A stretch of 64,000 nt of DNA from Octopus sinensis (Eukaryota): the NCBI RefSeq assembly GCF_006345805.1, contig NC_043001.1:94488001-94552000 (forward strand), given 5' to 3'. Below the pieces are notes generated by a model. It was not told the DNA's origin. It worked only from the letters and a program-made list of their open reading frames with translations, and ran no database searches. A program made the position numbers and the translations under genes. Below are positions 1 to 13,415 of the stretch, in pieces; position 1 is the first letter of the stretch; each line of letters begins with the position of its first letter.

Positions 1-1606
1 TAAATATCAATTGATGTGATCAATTGACACTCTCACTTGAATTTTATGGCCTTGTATCAGAAATTGAAACATACTATAGAAAAGAATAATAAAGAATACA
101 GAAATTTTGGCTCAAGGCCAACGATTTCACGGGAGACGGTAAGTCGATTAAATCTACCCCAATGTTCAACTGGCATTTCTTGAATGTCAAAGGCGACCTA
201 GGAGAAATTTAAATTGAGAACGTAAACACGGATGACATTCAGCTAAGATTTTAGCCCGGTACGTTAAAAATTCTGCCAGCTCTTCGCCTAATTCTTTTCA
301 AATATTAATCATCATTGAGCTTGAGATGTTGTATCATATCAGATTCATCCACAACAAATTATGGTTACGAAATCATGGTTGAATTATCTGATGCTTTCGG
401 TATCTGTTCCAGTATTAACTAAATTACATTTAGGAGCTTTCAAATATTTAACAAACTTCCTTTCGTTTCTGTGACAGAAATCAGTAACATTTTCTGTACA
501 TTTCCCACCTGGCAATGATTACATTGTAAATCACGCTATTTCAACCATTTACAGAATATTTATGATATGTTCTTAGATGTTAAAATAATCGTTGAACCCA
601 TTTATCAAACTTTAAAATATGGTAACGTGTACGCTGCAAAATAAAATTTATATAGTGACTTCCTGAAATATTTCTCACGGTTAGAATATAAAGTTTTACT
701 ATTCATTATGATATAAGCATTGTAGTTGTTTTTGTTGTAGTTGTTGTTGTTATTGCTGTTAGATATTCTGCGAATATGTGTCTTTACTGTTTTGTTTTCC
801 AGTTCACGTCATTGTCTTTTGAATTTCGTCAGATTTCTTTTACACGTTTACATTTCCAAATACCCATCAGTAAATATCGTTGACAGCTTTAACATACTTA
901 TTCTGTTATTATGTTCATATAATCTTTAGATCTATATTAGAAACTCATCTAATATTTTAAAGATTCAAACTATATATATATATATCCACATATATATATA
1001 TATGTGTGTGTGTATTTATATGCGTATATATTTATATATATATATATATATATATTTATTTATTTATTTATTTATATGTGTGCGTGTCTGTTTGAAAACA
1101 GTAAGAGGTCTGTAGGTAATATTGGTTAGAAGAAAATTAATCACCTCAAGCGGTTCTCGACACACTGATGCAGTCGATCATTATTGCAACAAAAGCAGAA
1201 ATGCACCACTGGGTCTCGTAATTGTTTGAAACTCATTCAGCATAAAGTATTGTGTAAAAATGTTGTATGGTTTTCTTATACATTATATAGTAGCCACGAA
1301 AGAAAATATGAGTCACATATGTAGTCACATATGTATTTTGATATAAATACATACACCAAAATGTGATATATGCGTGTGCGTGTGTGTATGTTTGTGCATT
1401 TACATACATGTAGACTTGTTAATATAAATACGTATATATATATATATATATATATATATGCATGTATATTTATATATGAGTGCGTATATATTTATATGTA
1501 TATATAAATTGTATTTAACCAATGATCGTGTATCTGTATTACTATCTCTCTCTTCAGCCTCTCTCTTTTATACCCCCCCCCCATATATATATATATATAT
1601 ATATAT

Positions 1607-1810
1607 ACGAGGTCTGATCAATTAGTATCCGGACTGTTGCCGTAGTAAAGAATCTATAGCACGCAGTGTAAAGCCGCCTGGTTGACCTGTAACTCTGCTT
1701 TGTATGCGCACTAATTTTTAATATTCTAGCTGACTTCCGCTGTTTACAGCGCTGTTTGGAAGGAAGGAGTGATGAGGGTGATCGTTGCATTGACCATGAC
1801 AGAGAAACTT
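1607..1810 (+). mobile_element. Tc1/mariner 5' end fragment
   Basis: TA-CGAGGTCTGATCAATTAGTATCCGGACT TIR-like start; ATGACAGAGAAA start of the transposase. Confidence 0.55.
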
Positions 1811-2408
1811 ATCATGGTGATAAAAGAACGGTAGAATAAATAATAGGCTTACAAAGAATAAGTACTGGGATCGACTTGTTCCCTTCGACAACCAGTTTCC
1901 CTCCAATTACAAAGCAGACAGTTTCTAATAAAACTAACCTTCTCATTCAAATCTAACAAGTTTCAGTGCTATAATTTAGATCGTGTTCGTGTGGTTTTGC
2001 CCACTCCATTTCTATGCCGCTATGAGCAGATCAACTACTCTGCTAATTAGAAAATTAGGGTTGATCAAACACGAAATATCGTTTACAGGGAAGTTTTGTA
2101 AACGTAATAATATGTTTAATATGTACTATGTAAAGCTGTATAAGTATAATCAAAGTATAATCAAAACCAACACTTACTTATATTTTGTTACACTTCCCAT
2201 GCCAGTTTTCAGTATAAATACATGCATACTTAAAGTTCTTATACTTTCCACCCTCCTAGGTTTGTTAGTAAATATAACATAAAAAATTATTAAAAAAACA
2301 AAAAAGCCAGAAATTGGTTTCGACGTATACACATTATTTGGTTTATAAGCAATTCATATCCATGTATACAAGTCTCTCCAGCGTTTTAGTTCGAAAGAGA
2401 GACGAAAT

Positions 2409-2805
2409 CTTTATATATAAAAGAGAGGTTGTGTGCTGTCTGTCTCCTACGATTTAGATTCCTAACTACTCCCACATTTTGCGGTGCAGTTTAACCAAAA
2501 CCGGGTGTCTTATAGTCGTGATTCATATCGAGCCCTTCTGTGTATTAGTGCGCGTCTACGATGAATCTACGATTTAAAAAAAAAATTATCATCAATTTTC
2601 CCCATTTGTAATGCATTTTTGGCATATATATGGGAAGTAACTATCTAAAAAATTATTATTAAATCTCAGAACGTAAAAAGCTACAGTAACATCCCGCCCC
2701 TTTGTGGGTAGCCATATCGAGATGGCTATTATACTTTACATCTCAAAAACTGCTTATATAGTTATTTCCCTTACAAACCCGAGCAACGCTGGGCGATACT
2801 GCTAC
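2409..2805 (+). mobile_element. Non-autonomous Helitron
   Basis: 5' TCTTTATATATAAAAG; 3' hairpin CCCGAGCAACGCTGGG followed by ATACTGCTA. Confidence 0.75.
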
Positions 2806-4144
2806 TATATATATATATATTATGTTAGAGATACTGCTAGTTCCATATAAAAGGACTGCCAGAGAGCAAAATATTGATTCAATTTACCTACATTTAGGCG
2901 CATGAGCGTTAACTATTCAAATGCATAACAAGCAGCATAGAATAATAAAAATAACGGACAAAATAATTAAGTAAAGAAAATCTGCAACTTCGAGAATGTT
3001 GCTATATATCTCCAATAATATCAGTTCAAATCCATTTAAGTCGAAAACAATCGCTGGCTATTTGAATGATATATAATAATAACAATACATGAATAAACGA
3101 AGTATCGGAATCCTACTTAGTTTAAGAAACGGTAGAAAATCATGTAAATCAATATTTATTCTATAAATATGCCTATGCATGTTCGAAAAAAAAAACACAT
3201 TTCTAGTATATCAACTATTTATTTGTATGCAATACTTTTCAAATATTTATAATAACTTAACGAAAAAAAAAATTATATATTATGATAATATAGTATTATG
3301 TTAATATAATGATAAAATATAATAATACATCTCATTTATTTAAATTTATTGATATCAATGTTAATAACAAATACTATTCTCTATTTATGCATTTTATCGA
3401 AAGGAGAACCCGCTTAAGAAAATATACAGAATGTTAGATCTATGATAATTATAACCTATATTATTTCTTAGAGAAAAAGATGACAAACCAAAACAATATA
3501 TAAGAAGTATCTAAATTTTACCAAGTCTTTTAGAAGTAACACAATTTGAAGATACAGGAATAAAGTGTTTTCAAAGCAACTAACAAATAACGGTCCTTAT
3601 TTACGTAAACTGTCGAAGGAAGACTTGCGTAATCTAAATTAACAAACATATATACATAAAATATAGATCTACGATAGATATAACATATATTATTTCTTAG
3701 ATAAAAAGATCATAAACTATAAATAATATATTTCAAAAGTTTACAAAGTCCTTCAGAAGTAGTGAAATTAGAGTGTTGGAGTAAGAATAGAAGCTATAAA
3801 GTACACACTATTATAAAGAATTATTAAACTTATTGAGCTTAGTTTGTATCGCAACTAATTCACATATTTACAATTAGTCAAAATTACATAATTGTGTATA
3901 ATAATTGCTATAATCTACTTATTCGTACTTACACAAACAATTTCTAGAACAAATACTAATTTACTTAGTTTATTAGAGGAAACAAAATATTTTTGTAAGT
4001 AAAAGTTTATACATTAATAAATAAATTAGCTATTTAATAAACAAAAAAACATCAGCAATACGTACTTGGAAATAAATGATTTTGAACACAATATGGCATT
4101 ATGTAAAATTATTCATATATTTATTATCAATATTATTATCAACA

Positions 4145-4176
<32 letters not shown>

Positions 4177-4704
4177 ATGTGTGTGTTCGTGCGTGTGTGT
4201 ATGTATGTATGTATGTGTATATGCATGTATATATACGAATCATGTGAAAGTGTACAGTTTTAGATTATGCTTATTACTGACACTAATAGGAAAACTACAT
4301 CTGGAAACAATGTTATGAAACAAAATTGTGCTTTATATTAAAGCAAGCGGAAGCACATATTTCTTAAATATTAAACATTTAGCAACACAAATGAATGTAA
4401 ATTTGTATCCCAAAAATATTAAAAGAGATTATTTCCACGTAGGCCTTTCAAAAAATCATGCATATATATGTGTGTGTGCGTGTGTTTGCCTGTATGTTTG
4501 TGTATGAGAGGTATGTATAAGGAAGATTTTTCATACTATAACCAGTGTATGAGTCTGTCTTTTTACGAGTGTTTTGAATGAGTGTCTGTACGATATTGGT
4601 TTGAAACAGCAACATGCTGATATTTATTAGGTTGTCAACACTGAAATTCGCAGAACAGTATAAAGAATTTGCTAATGTTTTATATAAATACAAGGAATAG
4701 TTTT

Positions 4705-5005
4705 ATTCATCAAAGTATGCACACATATTGTAAATAAACTTTTGCCCTTTCAGCAGCAGCTTGTCCATCCCGGAACTGTAAACGCCTGGCAATCTAGTGT
4801 CAATAAAATCGTGGGGATTACATTTTTTTTCCCTATCAAAAAGTTATCCAAATTCTGGAAGAAGTGGTAGTCAGTGGTGGCGAGATCAGGTCAGTATGGT
4901 GGATGATAGAAAACTTCAAACTCCATATACTGTAGTTTCGTCAACGTCATTTTTGCGATGTGTGGTCTGGCGTCGCCTTGCAATAAAAAAGCAATGGATC
5001 CGTTG
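4705..5005 (-). mobile_element. Mariner transposase C-terminal fragment
   Basis: Minus strand LQGDARPH.AK.T..KLQ...HPPY*PDLA.TDYHFF..LDNFL.GK. Confidence 0.85.
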
Positions 5006-6942
5006 ACTAATCTACGACTGATATTCGTTCTACGTATATAGATGTAATTATTGACGCTGAATCCGGATTTACTATTTATTTATTCCAGAAGAAAATTTTT
5101 CGAAAATGTTACAGGTGTTCAAAGTTTGATAATTTTCAGCCAATGAGAAAACAGCGCGTTCGCTGCCTCTTCCATTATCGTGGGTGGGGGTTTTGAATAT
5201 ACAATCATACTGAGACAGGAAAATTTCATCACATACATGGCAGCAGAGAATCTTAGACTCTCCTCGTAATCTAGGTTGTTTTGTTTGTATTTTTGTATGC
5301 ATCATTTGGTCCACTTGGCTGCAGTATACTTCGGCCGTGATTGATGGACCAGGTTAATTGAAATCATAATGGATCACTTGTGCGCCAGACCACCAAACAC
5401 ACAGCATCACCTTCTTTTGATGAATTTTGCTATTTTCGACTATGTTTTGGTGGCTCGTCTTTGTCCAATCATTGTTCTGTATTTTATTGACACCGAAATG
5501 TTGCTAAGCTTTTTGCTTGGCATGCCAACGAATCTGCCAGTACACGGCCTTAGTGTTTGGTAATATTGATTTAAAATTAAGGCAGCGAGCTGGTAAAGAC
5601 TTTAGCACGCCGGGGCGAAATGCTTAGCGGTATTTTGTCTGTCTTTACGAACTAAAGTGCTACTTATTACGTCGATGCCGAAAGGAACATAAGCAAAGTC
5701 GACCGAGGCGGAATTTGAATTCAGAGCGCAAAGACAAACAAAAATCCGCTAAGCATTTTGTCCGGCGATTTAATGATTCTATCAGCTTACCGCCAATTCT
5801 TGCTTGATAATAATGAAACTTGTTCTTTTTGACTGATCGACAAAATCTAATCATATGTGAAATAGCAGTAGAGATCAGCGATTTGTGAGAAAACCTTGCA
5901 ATAAAATGTCGTGTGCTTTTCAAGATATCGAAATTTTATGAGCAGAGTAAGATTCTCTGCTGCCATGCATGTGATAAAATGTTCCTGTCTCAGTATCATT
6001 GTATATTCAAAACCTGCTTTCAATGCGGAAGTGGCAACTGTCTTCTTGTCTAAACCTACACATGGAACAATTTCGTTGATAGACAGGAAAATGTTACAAC
6101 CAAATACATAGAACGACTATCAGTTAAAACTTCGTTGTGAAGTTACATTTTCTTATAATGTGAAACATCTATTTAGATTGTGAAATGCATTCCTTCTTAT
6201 TTCAGTGTTTGCATTAATGAAATTCTGACACTTTTGTAGTTACGTTGCTCCGAAGAGCAACGGGTATGTGTCAGTTTACAGGAACAGTCGAGGAATCCCG
6301 GTCACCTCATTCGCTGCGCTTAATCTACTGTCGTCCAGCAACGAAGGTGTACAGTCTTTAGATGACATTCAAATAAAGATGATTGAAAGAGAGATTCATT
6401 GTATTAAAGTGTGGAGAAACATGAGGAAAAGCGAGGCATAACGATAAACAGACAACTACACCGAATTGTACTAAATGTATACGCACAGCTCTGTAGTGCA
6501 GTCGAATTTGCTCGATTACTGCTTCACGGCATTTGCCTTCTCAGAAATATACTACAATGTCAGAAACGAATTCAAGTGTTAGAATTATTGTTTAACATGC
6601 GTAAGTTTTCGGTGGCTGCTATCTTCAACGAACTCTTTTTTGTCAGGGTGCGTCTATCTGTTATCGTTTTATTGCCTATCTTTTATTTTTTAATTGTCTC
6701 CACTAACATGCTTTTAGTCGGCCCAAGGTTAGAGAAAAAAAAAACTTGCGCGAGGTGCTACGCAGTAGAACTGAACCCAGAACTATGTGGTTGATAAGTA
6801 AAATTCTTACCACACAACCATACCTTTACACACGCATACGCATACGTACACACACACTCACACAAAAGAACGCATACATATACGTGTATATGTAGCTTTG
6901 AATATATGGATATTTACATTCTATCTATTTACCTATCTATTC

Positions 6943-7021
<79 letters not shown>

Positions 7022-7027
<6 letters not shown>

Positions 7028-7200
7028 AATAAGGTACTCAGAAATCTGGATGGTTTTATATTTATAGATATCTATTAATATGTCACATGTTTTTATAAGT
7101 CTTATATTAGCGCTTGCGTCCACTCTAGTGGAGTCTTCAGATTGAATTGTTTTAGATTTGTCTCTTTTTATAGCATTATTAAGGTGTAGGACTGGAGAGA
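7022..7200 (-). mobile_element. Decayed Penelope-type terminal fragment with a degenerate HHR (7105-7143)
   Basis: Minus strand: CTGAAGA-C-TCCAC(TAGA)GTGGA-C-GCAA-GCGC-TA. Shares GAGTACCTTATTT with 51835-51847. Abuts (TA)n. Confidence 0.45.
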
Positions 7201-7470
7201 TATATAAGATAGTACAAGAGGGTAAGGAATGGGGAGAAAGGGAGAGAGAGTGTGTATGTATGTGTGTGTGCTGAAAGGAGTATTAATGGAAAAGAGAAGG
7301 AAAGGAAGAAGAAAGAGAGAAAGAAGAAAAAATGTGTTTACTTTTATACAGCTGGTCAGTGATACCTGGCTTTTACAAATGGCAAACCCAGTTGGTCTCT
7401 CAAAGGGGAATAAATGTTATTTTTCCAAAAATTGTCTGGATTTCTTTTTATTATTTGTCTTCTGAGTGTT

Positions 7471-7504
<34 letters not shown>

Positions 7505-7869
7505 TGTGTGTGTGTGCGGGCATATGTGTATCGGAAAGGGGTGTCAATCGAAAGGAGAAGGAAAGAAAGAAGGAAGAGAGAAAGAATTGAGGAAGTTTGA
7601 AAGAACTGAGAGGAAGATCGAAAGAACATAACAGCTGCAAAGATGTCAACACAGTTTTTCTTTTTCCTCTTTTCTTTCTTTCTTTCTTTCTTTCTTTCTC
7701 TTTTCCCTTGACACACCTTTCAGATATATACGTAGACAGGAGTGTGTAAAGGCACAAATGTAGTCCTTCCTTAAATTATGTTACAACATGCTGATCCACT
7801 TTTCATATCACTACATTCCTAAGAAAGTTTCAGAGCATTAACTTTATTGCGAGGCAATGTATATTGTTC

Positions 7870-8162
7870 TTTACTAGTCTAGGCACAAGGCCGAAATTTT
7901 GGAGGAGGAGGCCAGTCGATTAGATCGACTCCAGTGCGCAACTGGTTCTTAATTTATCGATTGACAAACGTTGAGATGTTGGTAGTGTGGGGAATGAAGA
8001 CACACATGCACACAATATGACCCTTTACAATCATATATTCCACAGAATTCTTTCGAAGGATGAATGACAAAGTCGACATCGGTGGAATTTGAACTTAGAA
8101 TGTAAAGACGGACGAAATACCGCCAAGCTACCCGGCATGCTAACGTATTTGCCAGCTCGCCA
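7870..8162 (-). mobile_element. SINE (family A), split
   Basis: Aligns to 29565-29778 with an internal interruption. Confidence 0.7.
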
Positions 8163-8913
8163 GATTGTTGCTATGTATATTATTGATAATAGTTTGGGTT
8201 CAGTAGAATTTCATTTCCTACAGGACGAAGATTTCTTGCAAGTTGAAACTTAGCAAAGGAATTTGCGTTGTCGGTTAAACCATCTTGGAAAGAGGAACAT
8301 ACTTTACGAAGCGTGTATATATAGAAACATATCCAACAAATGTTGGATTAGATATATCAATGGATACGTAAGTTAATTTATATTCTACATTCCATAGACT
8401 GGCGTGCTGATATCTCATTCACAGTAACATATTAATGCGAATGGTAGCAGAAATTTAAATTAAGTGAATATCGATTAAAATGAATCTCATTCCAGGTACA
8501 ACTTTTACAATCTCTGAAGAAGAAGACGTCAATTATGAAAAATAGCTTGAGATGAGAATTTCAGAAATACGTAAAACTTTATTAATATTTATGAAACAGG
8601 AGATTAAGTAATCTACAAGGCATGAGTGATTCTTTGTACACTTGCAATAAAACGGAAATATTTTCAGCAATTATGGACAGATTTTTGGCAAACTGAACTA
8701 ATATTTAAATTATGAAACCAGTGCATGTGGCTAGTAACATTTTATATCAACCTCAAAATAAATGACATATTTCAATATGATAAAGTAGGTGACAAAATTG
8801 GTATACACTAATCATATAATTTGCTTCCTTTAGATATTGTATTAAAGAGAAATATACATGTTTTTAGTGAGGAAAATAATGCGTTAAATCATATATAAGT
8901 TTTTTTCTTTTTA

Positions 8914-9222
8914 TGTGCCCTTTTCAACCCTAGCCAGGCTCATGGGCCCGATTTCCCGGTTTCTATGGCATATGTGCCCCCCACCAGCTGGACGGCACGC
9001 CAGTCTATCGCAGCGTTACTCAAGAAACAGGAAGAAAGAATGAGAAAAAGTTGGGGCGAGAGAGTACAATAGGGGCCGCCACCCGCCACTCTCTGCCAGA
9101 GCCTCGTGGGGCTTTAGGTGTTTTCGCTCAATATACACACACAACGCCCGGTCTGGGAATCGAAACCGCGATCCCCCGACCGCGAGTTAGCTGCCATAAC
9201 CACTGAGCCATTGCGCCTCCAC
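8914..9222 (-). mobile_element. tRNA-derived SINE (family D)
   Basis: Minus strand GTGGAGGCGCAATGGCTCAGTGG (A box) ... GGTTTCGATTCCC (B box); five copies in the window. Confidence 0.85.
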
Positions 9223-9405
9223 CATATATAAGTATTGGTCAATATAGTGATACAGTTCTGGCCCCGAATTATTTCATAATTTGCGTAAGGGCTACATAAT
9301 TTTATGTAATTTAGCAATCTCTACCCCAGTGTATCTCATCATATTTTTGTCGCTATCAGTCTCACTCCTTCTCTCACGCTCTCTCTGTATCTCTTTCTTT
9401 CTCTC

Positions 9406-9438
<33 letters not shown>

Positions 9439-9747
9439 ATCGTTCGCTTACTTACAGTTGTTTTGCTGATTATTTAAATGGCATTTTCCTTTTCAGCGAG
9501 AATCTCTTTTAACATTCAATGGAAGTTAAACTAATATAAACTTTTTTTATGAAAATAGATACAGAAATAAATAAATGCATGTATCTGTTCATCAATCCAT
9601 TAGGGGAGGTCCCAGTTGCAGTAAGTATGGTTTTAATAGAAAATATGAAAAGAGTTGGTGGTTTTGTTGAGATTAACAAGAGAGGAAGTAAAGATTATGT
9701 GGGAAATTCTGTACTGAACGAAAGGGGTGGAAAGATAGTAAGTAAAA

Positions 9748-10047
9748 ACCCCTTCGGCCATGAATGACCACGGGATTACATATAGAATGTTCCCATACAA
9801 GGTACAAGTCCGGGAAAATTTGTTTATGGAAGACCAGCAGTCATCCAAGCATACCAACCTCACCCTTCAACGCCACCGATGTTATCCAAGGAAAAAGCAA
9901 CGGCCTATACGGCTTGGCACAAGTGACTTCGCAATTCATATCTACAACTGAGAGAACAGGAACAACGTGAAATAAAGTGTCTTGCTAAAGAACACAACAC
10001 ACAGCACGGTCCAGTTTCACATTATAACCACTGAGCCATCCGCCTTA
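9748..10047 (-). mobile_element. SINE (family C)
   Basis: Aligns to 37381-37715. Confidence 0.8.
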
Positions 10048-12089
10048 TTAGTAGAAAATTATGAAAAGAAAGGGAGGGAGAAAGGAGAGGTATGTCATTA
10101 GAAAGGAGATAAATGCAAGTCTTGACTATAAAAAAGTAAAGCTAAAATGGCGGGAGGGACTGGTATATAAGTATGGGATAGGGAAGCGTCGAAAAGAAAG
10201 AATTAGAGAAATAATTTTCTAAGGTGACGATAGTGGGGGGAGGGGCAATTACGAGTGTGGGAAGGGATGATACGAATAGATGAGAAAAAAACAAGAGCAT
10301 TGTAAACTATATTTTATTCATTGATGCACACATGATTCTTAGGGTGAAGGTAAATATTGAGTGATGTGAGTAATAATTAAAGTAGGGCGATGTCTGAGAT
10401 GTAGCTGATTAATCGAAATAAGAGTAAATTTATGCAGGTTTAATAGGTGGGGGTGATAAATATGTGAAACTTGTGAAAGACGTAAAATGCACGGGCATTT
10501 TGAGAAAGCGATCAGAGTATTTTTGGATAGATATGGTCAAAATTTTGTTTAAGGTATCATAAATAGATTTGGTAAAATTAAGAGCAACTAAAGCAAAATA
10601 ATTCATGAATAAATAGTTAGTTACAACTTGACAAGAATATTAATTGTTGCGTGTATCTGGTAGTGCTTGTGAAGAACCAGTCTAATGCATCAAGCTCGGC
10701 TTCTAAATGCAATGATATTTATCAAGAGATTGGAATGCAAATTTGAACACGATGGAACTCCGATGACTGAAATAATTATAAACTCAATGAAAATACTAGA
10801 CGTATATCAATTTCATTCACAATTTTCCAGAAGATGAGAGATTAATTAAGAAAATTCTATGAGTTTTGAACTGTACAGCGAAATCCTCATTTTAGTTGCT
10901 GAAATCATTTTAGTGCAATCTGTTACGTAGATATTTATAATGAGTCACTACTGTTGAACCCCTGTAACATATAATGATTTTAAAACAAGTTAACGCGTTA
11001 TCATCGAGAGAAGCAATGGAGACACCTCTCGACCCGAAATTAATATCAGTCAGAAAGAACTTAAAGCTGCAGTACGCTGTATGGCGTGATCTTTCATGCA
11101 CAATTAATTACTGATGGAATTGGTGAGATTGGAAAATTTCAACTTGTAATCGGCTAGCTGAATTATGGTTTTGCTGTGAATAATGAACAACTCTCAGCCT
11201 GGATATGTAACTGGGTTTAGAATCCCTGGACAACGCATATGATAGTTACTGCACGTACTAAACTTTACCCATATAATTATTACAGAAGCATAAATGATAT
11301 AGATCGAAATAGGGAAATATATCATATTCAGAATATATTCCACGATTTGCTAGGGGTTGCAGTTATGGCTTATCCAAGAGAATTATGCATGCTACAACAG
11401 GAAATTTTACATTAGAAAGTCTTATATATTTATATACCACTAAAACGGACGGAAGGTTGTCAGCAGCAGAGAGACTAATAATAGAGCCGCAAAAATAATC
11501 ATTTCTCCTATTGTCAAAAGAATGGAAATCTAGTGGGTGGGAGCTAGTGGATCACATTGTCCAAACTGCCTTACTGGTTTTCATTCCAAAGGAACCAAAA
11601 GGAAGAAAGTCAAAGTCGACCTTGAATTTGAACGTAAGCAAGTTTCGATGAAATCTCCTGCGTGTTAACATGGGAACCCTTGACGACAATGTAAACTTCA
11701 TTCGACAAATGTACCTTCGGCCTGATGAGTAGAAAGTATTGTACCCTACGTCGAGTAATTACTACTTGCGATGTTCTGCTAGCTAGGGAACATCTGTAGC
11801 CTCAATTTTACTTGTTACATTCTCGAAATTTGGTTTATTATTCGCATATAGAGCAACCCTAGTTGCTAACCGTCTACTATAAAATAGCAGTTTTTCAGCT
11901 TATCGACCTTCTATATCACAGACATTTTATCTTTGTAGTTTTCGTCCCTTTTTACAATTTTGTTTCATTTGGTTACAAATTTAGAATATGGTTTGAGATT
12001 TGTAAGCGAATTATGAGAATGAAATTCATTTTCGCTATAACTCCATAATTAAAAGTTATTAGCCTTTAGATTTTGCAAAATTTCGGTAT

Positions 12090-12255
12090 TTTAGCCAATC
12101 AGAAGCGAGCGTTTTACACACCACCGTAGCGAAGACTTCTGTTTCTATAGTAACCTAAGCAAAGAAGCATCACGCGTTGTATTGCTGATTGCGAACAACT
12201 CAGTTTCCATAGTATCACTACCTGAACAGTGGGTCTTTGGATAAGCACGTGGCGA
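12090..12255. promoter_or_regulatory. Candidate regulatory cluster: CCAAT box, two RFX X-box-like motifs, E-box
   Basis: AGCCAATCAG 12093-12102; GTTTCTATAGTAAC 12141-12154; GTTTCCATAGTATC 12203-12216; CACGTG 12246-12251. Could be TE-borne. Confidence 0.3.
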
Positions 12256-12724
12256 GACGAGTTAAGTTCCGTGGTTGACTCACGTCTTTATGAATTTATG
12301 TGGAGAAGGAGATATGAGAAAGTTAATTTATTTTATAAATTCCTCAAGAGTATTGCAAACTTTCGTTCTTGTATTTTGTTAACTAACAAATGTCTCTTTT
12401 AAAGAAAGTTTTGACTGTTAGTTCTAGCAACTCCTGTTGGTTTGTTCGTAGCTTTTAAATATATAATTTGCTCGCGAATCTTTTGATGTTTATCACTGTT
12501 TACTGCATCTAGGTTAGTGTTTTGACATGCCGACCCCCACCCCCACCCACGATGATGGAAGAGGCAGCGAACGTGCTGTTTTCTCATTGGCTGAAAATTC
12601 TGAAAATTATCAACTTTGAACACCTGTAACATTTTCGAAAAATTTTCTTCTGGAATAAATAAATAATAAATTCGGATTCAGCGTCAATAATTACATCTAT
12701 ATGATACATCATATTTATAATTAT

Positions 12725-13415
12725 TTCAGTCATCTTGGTGGTGGATAAGTACAGGCCAGACCAAGGTGACTTCACCGTACACGGGGAGGTGATTAAGGAA
12801 GTGGATGATTTTATGTACTTAGGATCCACAATCAGCACCAGTGGATCAAGTACACCAGAGATACGGAGAAGGCTTGCGATAGCGAAGCAAGCGGTACAAG
12901 ATATGGAGAACATCTGGAAGATAGTGGCGTGTCAATGCTGCTGAAGATAAGGCTACTTCGGACTGCCGCTTTCTCTATTGCGGCGAACGGCTGCGAGTCG
13001 TGGACAATGTTGAAGGCAGATGAGAAAAGAGTGAGCGCTTTTGAAATGTGGTGTTACCGCAGAATCCTTAGAGTGTCGTGAACGGAGAGAAGGACGAACA
13101 ACAGGGTACTAGAAAATATCGGTTGCGAGATGATGCTTCGGCGAAACATCATGAAGCGGAAGCTACGGTTCTTTGGACACGTTATGCGCCGAGATGGACT
13201 TGAACGAGCAATCATAGCTAGCAAGATGAACGGCAGACGTAAAAGAGGCAGGGCACCCACTTCTTGGATGAAAGACATCGCAGTCACAAGATTGTCTTTA
13301 TTCTCAGCTGTCCATGGGGTAGAAGGCAGGAGAAGGTGGCAAGACATCGTGATGGCCACAACATCGTATAGTGCGACACTTAACATAGATGATGGTGATC
13401 ATGATACATTGAAAC
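12725..13415 (+). mobile_element. RTE-clade LINE, 3' fragment (RT C-terminus)
   Basis: EVDDFMYLGSTIS...EIRRRLAIAK; FEMWCYRRILRVSW; KLRFFGHVMRR...GRRKRGR..SWMKDI. Confidence 0.92.

Noticed and set aside
11722-11740. CTGATGA...GAAA as a hammerhead
   Set aside because: Only 3 nt lie between the core motifs (no stem II), and there is no stem I/III pairing.
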